A stretch of DNA of 20,000 bases from an uncultured virus (IMG/VR IMGVR_UViG_3300044611_001480) (lineage: Duplodnaviria > Heunggongvirae > Uroviricota > Caudoviricetes): the IMG/VR virus record IMGVR_UViG_3300044611_001480. One strand, 5' to 3'. Below, piece after piece: positions 1-9,774 of this stretch. The notes beneath the pieces are model-generated. The model saw only the letters and a program-made list of their open reading frames with translations. It was not told the origin of the DNA and made no database searches. Each line of letters starts with the position of its first letter. The stretch's first letter is position 1. A program made the translations under genes and the position numbers.

Positions 1-1
1 A

Positions 2-3000
2 TCTAACGCTGGAACTGCACAATATTATGATGTAAATCAAACAGTAGTTTCAGTTCCAGATATTGAACTAACCAATTCTTCAAATTTTGATATTACAAGT
101 TCTAGCAATGTTCTTTACAAATTTAATTCTGTAGAAGGTGGTGTAATAGTTCCAAAAGGAACTTCTATTGTTGGTTTGGATTTAAGAAAAACAAAAGTAA
201 AACCACTATATGTTCCTGATCCAGAAAATAATTCCATAGAAAGATCTGCGATTTTTAGGGTTACTGGTGGTTGTTATTTCTGGCAGTTTAGCGTTTTTGA
301 TGCAGATAGAGCAGTATATTATAATTACAATTATGCAGAGCAGGCATCACCGACTTATTCACACCACAAACTGACAGTATTTGAATATGCAGATGGTGTA
401 AATTTAAAGAATTTGACTGGAACATCTGATCTTCAGATGTATTACTATAAGTTAATGAATGCTTATGGTGATGATACTGGAAATAGAGAAATCATTGATT
501 ATCCAACATCTAATGATTTTGAACCAAATAGTCCAGAATTTAAAATTGTTGGAGATCTAACTTCTGGCGATAATAATATTACAGAGTTAAATTCAAGTTC
601 AACAGTTGCATCCGTAACAACTGAATTTGCTCACGGATTGAGTGTTGATGATTCTATTCGTATTGCTGGTGTTGGTTCAGCACTTTACAATGGTAGTTTT
701 AAAGTAGTTGGCGTTACCAGTGAAAGAAAATTTACATACCAATTACCATCTGCAGCAATTGACACTTCAGTTACAATTTCAATGAGTGAAAGAGTTATCA
801 TTGAACCAGATGGTGTAAATGGAGCATCTCCATACATCTTTAACTGTTCATTGAGATCCGCTTTTGGAATGTGTGGTCTTCACGCAGACGGATCAAAAGC
901 AACTGGATTTAAATCTATGGTTGTTGCTCAATACACTGGAATTGGATTACAAAAAGACTCCAATGCTTTTGTAATTTATAATGAATCCACAGGTCTTTAT
1001 GATACAAACTCAACCACTTCTTTGGATAAAAGACCTTTATATATTAACCAGGAAGCAATATATAAACCAGCATACGAAAATTATCACATCAAGGCATCAA
1101 ATGATGCATTTATTCAAGATGTTTCTGTTTTTGCAATTGGATTTGCTCAACACTTTTTAGCAGAAGATGGTGCTGATCAATCAATTACCAACTCAAACTC
1201 TAACTTTGGATCCAAGTCATTGATTTCAAAAGGATTCAGAAAAGAATCCTTTGATCGTGATGATACTGGTTATGTGACTCATATTGTTCCACCAAAAGAT
1301 CTCCAAGAAGATTCTTTTAATGCTCTTTGGAGATCACTTGATGTTGGGCTTACTACATCATATACTGGCGTTGGACAAACCTCTAGACTTTATCTTTTGG
1401 GTGAAACGGATATCAATAATCCACCATCAAATATCACGAATGGATATAGAGTTGGTTCCAATATTGATGAAAAACTTTATGTTACAGTAAATATTAATGG
1501 CATAGATTCTACTTATTCTTCTCCAATTTTGATGCAAGTTCCAACTGGAGAAGGTCCAATAGCACAAAAAACATTTACCGTAACTCAAACAACAGGCGTT
1601 AATAATATTGATGTTTCTTCGAATGTATTAACTTTAAATGCAACTCATAATTTTTACAACGGAGAATCAGTAAGAGTATTCAGTGATAATGCAATTGTTC
1701 CTGACGGATTAGAAAATGGAGCATTATATTATGTCATTATAGATACCTCAAATACTATTAAACTTGCAAAAACTATTAATAATGCAAATGAAAATATTCC
1801 TGTAGATATTAAAAATACAAAAGGTGGCATTTTAAGTATTGTAAGTAGAGTTTCTGACAAACTTTCTGGAGATCCAGGTCATCCAATTCAATTTGATGCT
1901 GTTAATAAAAATTGGTATATTATTGGTAGTGGAAATACAACAACAAATCAAATATATCAAGGATTTAAAAATAATCCAACTGCAATTGCAGCAAATAATT
2001 CTTCCACTTTCATTCAAAGAAAGTCTGAAAATCGTGACCTGACAGATAGAATTTATAAGTTAAGATATGTTATTCCTAAAGAATATACAAATGCAAAAAT
2101 TCCAGCAAAAAATTATGTTCTTCAAGAATCAAGTACTGTAAAAGAAGATTCTACAATTACAACTATAAATTCTAATCGCAACTCTCACGTAATTGCTGGA
2201 ATTTCAACTGTTGGATCAACTGTCACTGTCACATCAGAAAGACCGCATAGATTGAGCGTCAGTGATAGAGTAAGAATTAGAAAAGTTGTAAGTAGCACAA
2301 ATTTAAGCGCAGCAGATGATGCTGGATTTAATGGTTATTTTGTTGTAACTTCTGTTCCATCATCAAAAACATTTACATTTACTAACACATATAGCGGTGG
2401 AACATTTGCAAACAGTGTTTCAACTAGAGGAGAAAATCTTCCAGTATTCTCTAGAAATGAATATGATACCACTTATACAATTGAAAATGTAGAAACAGTT
2501 CAAGAATATTCTTCTGGATTACAAGATGGTATTTACTATTTGACTTGTTTGATTGGAAATATTTCTCCTACGGCTCCAGAATTTACATCTCAAAAGTTTA
2601 AGCAAAATATAACTGATTTGTATCCAGTTGTAGATAAAGATAATTTGATTACTGATCCACTACAAAGTTTGACTGGAGCATCAAACAAATTAATTGGTAA
2701 AGTGATTGTAAATGACCCCCAAAACAGTACTACAAAAGAAAGTATTATCAATTATTTGAAAGATAATAGAGTTGGATTGGCAGTGACTAACGCAATAGCA
2801 ATATCTTCTGGACTTTCCACTATATTCACTTCAACGGATCACAATTTAAATGCCATCACTGGTGTAACTGTTTTAGCACCTGGATCTGGATATGGTGCTG
2901 GTATTTCCAGCACATTATATAATATGCCTCTTGTTGGCGTAGGAATTACTGGCAATGGTGCTACTGCAAATGTGTCTGTGAGTGCTGCTGGCACAATAAC

Positions 3001-6000
3001 TGCTGTGACTATTGTAGATGGTGGATCTGCATATAGCATTGGAAATACTATGAGTATTGGTTTTGGAGGAGGTTCTGTAACTGTTTCATCCATTAATAAT
3101 AATGTTGGAGATGTAATTCAAATTATTGGTGTCGGAACTGTTGGAAATCGCAACAATGGAGCATATAGTGGTCTTTATAAAATTTCTGCAATTAATAGTT
3201 CAAAATCTGTTACTTATAATGTAGGATCAAATCCTGGAATTTACACAACATCAAGTGGTATTCTTTATGTTGTAGATACGTCTCTTCCAATTTCTACCAT
3301 TGCTGGTGTTTCAAATGCAACTACAGCAGGAATAGTAACAATAACAACATCTCGTGCCCATGGTTTATCGGTGGGAAATAAAATTAAAATTACGGGAGTT
3401 ACTGGGACTGCTTCGGCTATTTTTAATTCAGACTTTTTTGTTAAAGAAAAAGTTAGTTTAACTGCATTTACAATTTTATCGCCAATTGGAGTTGGAACTG
3501 CCGCTGGGTCTGCAGAAGTCTATAAGTATGGAATTGCTTCATATGGAGAAGATACTTCACTTCAGAGTGAAAAGATTTCCGGAAGTTTGATAAGTATGAA
3601 TGTTGGTTATACAACTACAACATCTGCAGGAATCACAACCACTGCGACAACATTGGATCTTACACTTACAACTGGATTAGAAAAAGGAAACTTTATTCAA
3701 TTAGATAATGAAATCTTAAGAATTACTTCAATAACTAACTCTAGTCAAGTTGCTGTTTTAAGAGGTGTTCTTGGAACTAAATCTGCTCCACACGATTCTG
3801 GTTCTATTGTTAGAAAAATTTCCGTAATCCCATCAGAAACCCGTAGATTTACAAGTATTCGTGCTTCTGGTCATACTTTTGAATATCTTGGATATGGTCC
3901 GGGAAACTATTCAACTGCTGTTCCACAAAGACAGAATAGAGTTATTACAGACGAAGAAGAGCGTTTAGCAGTTTCAAAAGAAGAAAAAGGAGGAGTCGTA
4001 TTTTTCTCTGGTATGAATGATCGTGGCGATTTCTTCACTGGCGATAGGTTAACTGCAAAAGAAACATTTATCGGAGAAACTCCATCAGATTTAACCGCAA
4101 CTTATGATGATGTTTATATTCGTAATACTATTCGTGTTGGTGGTGGTTCAAATCGTTTACTTCCTAGTGAATTTAGAGGTCCAGTAAACTTTACCAATAA
4201 AATCACTTCAACTGCATCCCAAGGCATTGAAGCACTCAAACTTCAACTTAAAGGGAATAGTATTCAAGATCCATCATTACAAATTGGACCAGATTCAAAT
4301 CCAGCATTAATTGTAAATGAATTAAGTCAATATGTTGGCATCAAGACTGCAGTTCCTAATTTTGAACTTGATGTAAATGGTAGAATTAGAGCAAATGGTT
4401 TTGAAAATTTCCAATTATCGGATTTGCCAACAATTGATGAAGCAACTTTTTCGGCAAATAGAGTCCTTAAAGTTAAAGATGATGCATCTGGATATGAACT
4501 TGTTGATTATGATGAGTTATTAAAATATAAACTTCGTAGTTTTACTTTTAGTAATGATGGAAGAGTTTATACTGGTATTGGATCAACTGTAAGTAATACT
4601 CTTCAAATTAGTGGAATTTCTACTTCTAATTTTTATGTTGGAGAAAAAGTAAAAGTATTTGGTGTAGATATTAATGGTTCTGCAACTGTTGCTGCTCCTC
4701 CTATTGCTGGAATGAGTGCAGTTAGAGTTGGAATAACAACATTACCTGACACATATCGTTATTGGGTGGCACAATATCATTTAAGAAATGGAAAAGTTGG
4801 TGTATCTTCTCAAATTTCACCATTTGCTGGAATTGGAATGACAACTATTGATAATTTCAATGATACTGATAACATTTCACTCACTCTTGCTAGATCTGAT
4901 GCAAATCACGGTCTTCTTGTTTATCGTCAAATTGGAGTTTCGACTAATATTAATAATGCTAAACTTATTGGTATTCTTGGTCCAAAAGAACTTGGATCTA
5001 ATACATCTAATATCACTTGGACTGATTATGGAACATTTGATCAAACTGAATGGTCCACAAAAGGAACAGTAAATGAATATGATTCCGATCAAATTCACTT
5101 TCCAAATATTGCCACAACTGGCCAGAGAAGAGGATGGAAAATTGATGAAATTGTTTCAATAGGAACAAGTTCTATTAGATTATCTGGACAATATACTAGA
5201 AATTCTGACAATCAGATTAAAGTTGTTCACGATAATACTTATGCATTATCTCTGGCAATCGATCAAGCACTTGCAAATAATCAATACTCTTTAGAATTAC
5301 CAAGTGGAACATATTTAACAAACAAACTTATTATTCCATCAGGATTTACATTAAAAGGCAATGGTAAAAATACTATAATCAAAACACAATATTTTGCAAC
5401 TGATGAAACTGATGGTGCGGGAAATCTATTAGATTTTGATGGCAATATTGTTGGTGTTGGAACAACAACTGCTTCTGATATTTCAATCTACGATTTGACA
5501 ATTGATGGAAATAGTGGAAATAATATTCTATTTGATGGCGAATCGAATAATTATATTATGTATTTTGATAATATAACATCTTCTGTGTTTAAAGATATTG
5601 AAGTTCGCAATTCACCAGGACATGGATTGTATCTTAATAATTCCTCAAGGATATCTGTAGATAATTGCTCATTTGTTGATGGATCAAATAGTGATAGATA
5701 TTCATTCTCTCCATTAAATACTCAAGATTCTAACACGTTGAGAGTTAATGACTGTCTCTTTGAAAATTATCCTGGTCCTGTTGATTTGTCCGTAAGCTCT
5801 GTTGTTGCTACTGGTGGAAATATTATCCGTAATTGTGGAACAGGATTGAGAAATTATGCTTCTAGTAAGATCATAACAACAAACAATATTATTCTTGGAC
5901 CTGCGGATGAGTATATTCCATCTCCTGACATTTATGATAGTGATTTTAATTCTATCAATTTTACAATTGATAGAACTGCTACTTTCAATGGTCCAGTTCT

Positions 6001-6604
6001 TCAATATCTAGAGAATGGAATACTAAAAGATCTCAGTAGTACTAAAGTTTCTATCGTTTCTGCTGGTATTGGAACAATTGTTGGACAAGGAACAACAAAT
6101 GAAACTCTTGGTTCTAGATTCTTGAATTTCAATATTACTACTCCCAATGCTGGAGAATATGGTAGAGAAAATGGCTATATTCAATTGAGTTTAACATCAA
6201 CACAAACTTCTACATTGGGTCTTTCATCTGCTCTTGGATACAATATCATTGCACAAGAATATATTACAGTTCCAGTAGGATTTACAACTTATATTGGTAT
6301 TGGAACTGGATCATTCAATCTTATTGGTGCTGGTGCAACTCAATATACAATTACATTATCAGATCCAAATCAATTCTCTGGCATTTCTACTGGTGATGTC
6401 ATTAAACTTGTAAATCACTCTGTAACTCCAGATTTATCATTATACGAATTGACGATTGCAGAGAAAATTAATGCAGGTGCCGCAGACAAACGTTTGAGGT
6501 TGACTGGATTTACAACAACTTCAGTAAGTAATGGATTGCAGACTGGATATATAATTATAAGGAATATATTTACTATCGCAAAAGGAAGAGTCGGAGTTAT
6601 TTAA
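2..6604 (+). CDS. Giant virion structural / tail-fibre-like protein, 5'-truncated (>2200 aa), with interrupted N-terminal beta-helix region, multiple beta-sandwich repeats and a C-terminal pectate-lyase-3-like beta-helix
   Basis: The frame is open from nt 2 (SNAGTAQYYD...VEGGVIVPKGTSIVGLDLRKTKVKP), so the TTG at 176 is internal. GGVIVPKGTSIVGLDLRKT, SPYIFNCS, SITNSNSNFG and RASGHTFEYLGYGPGNYSTAVP are motifs I recognise from T4-like cyanophage structural proteins. TTxxxHGLxVxDxIxIxG repeats occur at ~600, ~2220 and ~3330. DNTYALSLAID...LELPSGTYLTNKLIIPSGFTLKGNG at ~5230 is a typical tailspike beta-helix entry. Stop is TAA 6602-6604. Confidence 0.85.
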   Translation, partial: SNAGTAQYYDVNQTVVSVPDIELTNSSNFDITSSSNVLYKFNSVEGGVIVPKGTSIVGLDLRKTKVKPLYVPDPENNSIERSAIFRVTGGCYFWQFSVFDADRAVYYNYNYAEQASPTYSHHKLTVFEYADGVNLKNLTGTSDLQMYYYKLMNAYGDDTGNREIIDYPTSNDFEPNSPEFKIVGDLTSGDNNITELNSSSTVASVTTEFAHGLSVDDSIRIAGVGSALYNGSFKVVGVTSERKFTYQLPSAAIDTSVTISMSERVIIEPDGVNGASPYIFNCSLRSAFGMCGLHADGSKATGFKSMVVAQYTGIGLQKDSNAFVIYNESTGLYDTNSTTSLDKRPLYINQEAIYKPAYENYHIKASNDAFIQDVSVFAIGFAQHFLAEDGADQSITNSNSNFGSKSLISKGFRKESFDRDDTGYVTHIVPPKDLQEDSFNALWRSLDVGLTTSYTGVGQTSRLYLLGETDINNPPSNITNGYRVGSNIDEKLYVTVNINGIDSTYSSPILMQVPTGEGPIAQKTFTVTQTTGVNNIDVSSNVLTLNATHNFYNGESVRVFSDNAIVPDGLENGALYYVIIDTSNTIKLAKTINNANENIPVDIKNTKGGILSIVSRVSDKLSGDPGHPIQFDAVNKNWYIIGSGNTTTNQIYQGFKNNPTAIAANNSSTFIQRKSENRDLTDRIYKLRYVIPKEYTNAKIPAKNYVLQESSTVKEDSTITTINSNRNSHVIAGISTVGSTVTVTSERPHRLSVSDRVRIRKVVSSTNLSAADDAGFNGYFVVTSVPSSKTFTFTNTYSGGTFANSVSTRGENLPVFSRNEYDTTYTIENVETVQEYSSGLQDGIYYLTCLIGNISPTAPEFTSQKFKQNITDLYPVVDKDNLITDPLQSLTGASNKLIGKVIVNDPQNSTTKESIINYLKDNRVGLAVTNAIAISSGLSTIFTSTDHNLNAITGVTVLAPGSGYGAGISSTLYNMPLVGVGITGNGATANVSVSAAGTITAVTIVDGGSAYSIGNTMSIGFGGGSVTVSSINNNVGDVIQIIGVGTVGNRNNGAYSGLYKISAINSSKSVTYNVGSNPGIYTTSSGILYVVDTSLPISTIAGVSNATTAGIVTITTSRAHGLSVGNKIKITGVTGTASAIFNSDFFVKEKVSLTAFTILSPIGVGTAAGSAEVYKYGIASYGEDTSLQSEKISGSLISMNVGYTTTTSAGITTTATTLDLTLTTGLEKGNFIQLDNEILRITSITNSSQVAVLRGVLGTKSAPHDSGSIVRKISVIPSETRRFTSIRASGHTFEYLGYGPGNYSTAVPQRQNRVITDEEERLAVSKEEKGGVVFFSGMNDRGDFFTGDRLTAKETFIGETPSDLTATYDDVYIRNTIRVGGGSNRLLPSEFRGPVNFTNKITSTASQGIEALKLQLKGNSIQDPSLQIGPDSNPALIVNELSQYVGIKTAVPNFELDVNGRIRANGFENFQLSDLPTIDEATFSANRVLKVKDDASGYELVDYDELLKYKLRSFTFSNDGRVYTGIGSTVSNTLQISGISTSNFYVGEKVKVFGVDINGSATVAAPPIAGMSAVRVGITTLPDTYRYWVAQYHLRNGKVGVSSQISPFAGIGMTTIDNFNDTDNISLTLARSDANHGLLVYRQIGVSTNINNAKLIGILGPKELGSNTSNITWTDYGTFDQTEWSTKGTVNEYDSDQIHFPNIATTGQRRGWKIDEIVSIGTSSIRLSGQYTRNSDNQIKVVHDNTYALSLAIDQALANNQYSLELPSGTYLTNKLIIPSGFTLKGNGKNTIIKTQYFATDETDGAGNLLDFDGNIVGVGTTTASDISIYDLTIDGNSGNNILFDGESNNYIMYFDNITSSVFKDIEVRNSPGHGLYLNNSSRISVDNCSFVDGSNSDRYSFSPLNTQDSNTLRVNDCLFENYPGPVDLSVSSVVATGGNIIRNCGTGLRNYASSKIITTNNIILGPADEYIPSPDIYDSDFNSINFTIDRTATFNGPVLQYLENGILKDLSSTKVSIVSAGIGTIVGQGTTNETLGSRFLNFNITTPNAGEYGRENGYIQLSLTSTQTSTLGLSSALGYNIIAQEYITVPVGFTTYIGIGTGSFNLIGAGATQYTITLSDPNQFSGISTGDVIKLVNHSVTPDLSLYELTIAEKINAGAADKRLRLTGFTTTSVSNGLQTGYIIIRNIFTIAKGRVGVI

Positions 6605-6606
6605 AA

Positions 6607-9600
6607 ATGCCAGATAACACAAACGTTAATAATAATGCAGCAGTTGTCGTTGTAGGTAGAACTGCTCCTGTTCCTCCTGGGCAACAGAAATCAGAAAAAT
6701 CTATTCCTGTTGTTATTGCAAGTGACCAATCAACAATTCCAGTAGCAGAACAAAATAAAGTTCAATCAGAAGTTGCTCTTTCTCTTCTTGGAATTCCTAG
6801 ATCAGAAGTTGCTCTTGGTATTTTTGCTGACGTTAACACTTATGATGTAAACCCATCAGAATGGTCAGCAACTCCAGAACAGTTCGGTTTGGTCTCTAGC
6901 ACTGGTGTGTATGCTGGTATTGCTCAAAGTATGGGATGGGGACTTACCCACGTTCCAGAAGAATCTGGAGCACTCGTAGAGGGTCCTGCTGATAGAACAG
7001 CAATTCTTACATCAAAAAGATTTTTTAGGTATCAACCTGGTCGTGTTTCTGCCGCAACTTTTGGTGTAAAAACAACTTTACTTGGCGATGACGGAGTTGA
7101 TGTTCACAATCCAGCAGTTAGAAAATATGGAATTTTTGATAATTATGATGGATATTATTGGGAATCTAGAAATGATGGAACTGGAGATAATTTCTGTGTG
7201 GTTAGAAGAACTCAATCATTGCTTTATAGCAATCCATTAACTTTTCCTAGTCAACAAACAGAAGATTATGGTAACACAAATCCACTAGATCAATTTGCAC
7301 CAAGAGTCTCTGAAAGTGCTGGAATTACAACAGTACCATCTAAGAAATTTGGCAATTTGGTTATCTTGAGAGATAACTTGGTAATGACACACGCAGGAGT
7401 TTATGATCCTTCATTACTTCAAAATGAATCACAGGTTGCCATTACTTCAATTACATCAGGAAATGTAATTTCACTTGTAGGATTGGCAAAAAGTGTAAGT
7501 AATGCTGTTTACGACAACACTACTGGTATAATGGTAGTGACAACTCATCAACCACACGGATTTGAGGAAGGTAAGTATATTAAGATTAGTGGCATTGGTA
7601 TGACCTGTCAATTTGGATTTAATAGTTATCCAGATCCAGGCAGAAATTCCGGTTATAATGTCATTTCTGTTGGTGGCACAAATACATTCACTTTGAATGT
7701 TGGTATTGCGACAGTTCCAACATTTTATAACTCTGGTGGTTATATTCTTGGACTGTCTGAAGGACAATATGTTTCTTATTCAAAAGGAACAAATGCCAGC
7801 GTTCTTACTGGATTTGATGATACAAAAGTATATAAAGTATCAACAGTTGGTGTTAATACCTTAACCGGAATTAGTACAGTAACATTAATTAATTTGGATG
7901 CAAGTTCACCTACATTTACTGCAGTAACAGGAATTTCTTCTCACGTATTAATTACTCCAGTTCCCTTCATTCAACCCACTAATGGATCATTGATTGGTTC
8001 ATATAACAAATATAACACAGTAAAACCAACGGGAATGTTCCCCTATATGTATGACAATGGAGATGGTAATAAAGAAGGATATATTGATAGTTCTCTTCCA
8101 ATTGAATCTGCAACTACATTACAAGGTCAAATTGATGATATTAATACCTATTATGGTAAATGGGTTAATCAAAATGTCAAGAAAGATTATTGGAATGTTT
8201 ATGAATATAGAGTTCCAAGATCTAGATTTAGTGGAGATAATTTAAATGAAGAATTGGGAAATCCACTTCTTTATAGTGATGCAGTAGGAGATAAGAGAGC
8301 AGGACAACCAGTAATTGATCCCGATACAAACGAAGAACTGACTGATGATAGTATTTGGAATCTTGACCTCACAAAGGTTACAATGTATAAAATTGAATTC
8401 TCTTGGTATGGTGCTGTCGGTGCTCTATTCCTCGCATATGTTCCTGTAAGCAATGGTGAAGCACGTTGGGTACGTGTTCATCACTTAAGAGCATCAAACC
8501 AATTGAAAGTTTCTTCTTTGGGTAACGCAACTCTTCCAATTACATATCTTGTATATGGCGGAGGCAATCCAAATCGTTTTGGATATGTAAATAATTTAAG
8601 ACCGGAATCATCTTTCTCTTACGGAAGTTCTTCTGAACATATTATCAAATATGGTGCATCGTATTATATTGATGGTGGAGATAGAGGAACTGTAAAACTG
8701 TATAGTTACTCTACTCCAGTTTCACAAGAAGTCTATGGTTCAAAGAGACCTTTTACAGTAGTCAATGGTGGTGGAGTTGGCATTGCATCTACTCAAGTAG
8801 ACTTAACGAATGCTACATCAACAACTGATCCTTATATTATTGGATCAGTTGGAATGTCTACTTCTTATTATGTCGGTGCAAAAGTTGTAACGTCAAGTCC
8901 ATTGGATCAAAATATTGAAATTACTTTTGTCAATGTAGGAAGTCAAAGACTTTATCTAAATGCTCCATTGAATTCCACAAGTTTAGGAACAATCACAGTG
9001 ATTCCAAATCGTCCAATACCATTAATTGGTCTTAAGTGTAGAGAAACAATTCAAAGTAGTACTGGCAAGTCGGTAAGAAATAGAACTCAAGTATATCCAA
9101 CTCGTTTGTCTAGCGGATCAACTGGTGTGCTGAAACTAGATTTAATCAAGTCACCTATATTCCAGACTACTAATTCTACTACTGGCGTATTGGCACTTTC
9201 TTCTACAGCAAATATAGGAAAAAGAGGAAAACCGACATCAATCTCTGTCACAAATACAAGTTATCTCTCTGCAAGTACTGGAGTTTATGGATATGTGAGA
9301 GGATATTTTGAGAATGATGCCTCACAAAAACCAGTATCAGTTTTAGGATATTTAGAAAATAGAGGAACAACCGATGGGTATTACTTTTATGCTCTCAAAT
9401 CCACTTCTGATAATGTAGTTCTCACAACTGCAAATAATTTCTTGAAGGAAGAGAATCACAATCATGTAGGAACTATTATTTCTGGAATTACTACAGAATT
9501 TACTCTTGCTGCACTTTCATCGGTTAAGGTTAACCCACAAGCAAGAAGTCCTATTCCAAATACTGGAACAGTAATTACAAGTATTTTCATTCCTGCATCG

Positions 9601-9771
9601 GGACAAGAATATGATTTATCCCCATATTTTGATTATAATAAAGAATATCTATCATTTCCATTGACAAATAATATTGAAAGTTTATATCTTTGTGCTTCTT
9701 CACAAACTACTTACAATAGTGGAACTCCTGCTGCTGATGTGTCCACAAGTCTTACTTGGGAGGAGCAGTGA
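6607..9771 (+). CDS. Phage structural protein, 'RYQPG' family paralog A (1054 aa), probable beta-sandwich/lectin-like core with inserted repeat domains
   Basis: Long ORF starting 2 nt after the previous stop, with GGAG at 6593-6596. Motifs RFFRYQPGRVS, VTMYKIEFSWYGAVGA, KYGASYYIDGGD and C-terminal SLTWEEQ are all shared with the next ORF. Contains a YDNTTGIMVVTTHQPHGF beta-sandwich repeat near 7510. Confidence 0.75.
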   Translation: MPDNTNVNNNAAVVVVGRTAPVPPGQQKSEKSIPVVIASDQSTIPVAEQNKVQSEVALSLLGIPRSEVALGIFADVNTYDVNPSEWSATPEQFGLVSSTGVYAGIAQSMGWGLTHVPEESGALVEGPADRTAILTSKRFFRYQPGRVSAATFGVKTTLLGDDGVDVHNPAVRKYGIFDNYDGYYWESRNDGTGDNFCVVRRTQSLLYSNPLTFPSQQTEDYGNTNPLDQFAPRVSESAGITTVPSKKFGNLVILRDNLVMTHAGVYDPSLLQNESQVAITSITSGNVISLVGLAKSVSNAVYDNTTGIMVVTTHQPHGFEEGKYIKISGIGMTCQFGFNSYPDPGRNSGYNVISVGGTNTFTLNVGIATVPTFYNSGGYILGLSEGQYVSYSKGTNASVLTGFDDTKVYKVSTVGVNTLTGISTVTLINLDASSPTFTAVTGISSHVLITPVPFIQPTNGSLIGSYNKYNTVKPTGMFPYMYDNGDGNKEGYIDSSLPIESATTLQGQIDDINTYYGKWVNQNVKKDYWNVYEYRVPRSRFSGDNLNEELGNPLLYSDAVGDKRAGQPVIDPDTNEELTDDSIWNLDLTKVTMYKIEFSWYGAVGALFLAYVPVSNGEARWVRVHHLRASNQLKVSSLGNATLPITYLVYGGGNPNRFGYVNNLRPESSFSYGSSSEHIIKYGASYYIDGGDRGTVKLYSYSTPVSQEVYGSKRPFTVVNGGGVGIASTQVDLTNATSTTDPYIIGSVGMSTSYYVGAKVVTSSPLDQNIEITFVNVGSQRLYLNAPLNSTSLGTITVIPNRPIPLIGLKCRETIQSSTGKSVRNRTQVYPTRLSSGSTGVLKLDLIKSPIFQTTNSTTGVLALSSTANIGKRGKPTSISVTNTSYLSASTGVYGYVRGYFENDASQKPVSVLGYLENRGTTDGYYFYALKSTSDNVVLTTANNFLKEENHNHVGTIISGITTEFTLAALSSVKVNPQARSPIPNTGTVITSIFIPASGQEYDLSPYFDYNKEYLSFPLTNNIESLYLCASSQTTYNSGTPAADVSTSLTWEEQ

Positions 9772-9774
9772 TTT

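Noticed and set aside
176..178. TTG start proposed by the ORF track for the first gene
   Set aside because: The frame is open back to nt 2 and the TTG lies inside the conserved GTSIVGLDLRKT motif, so the real start is upstream of the window.
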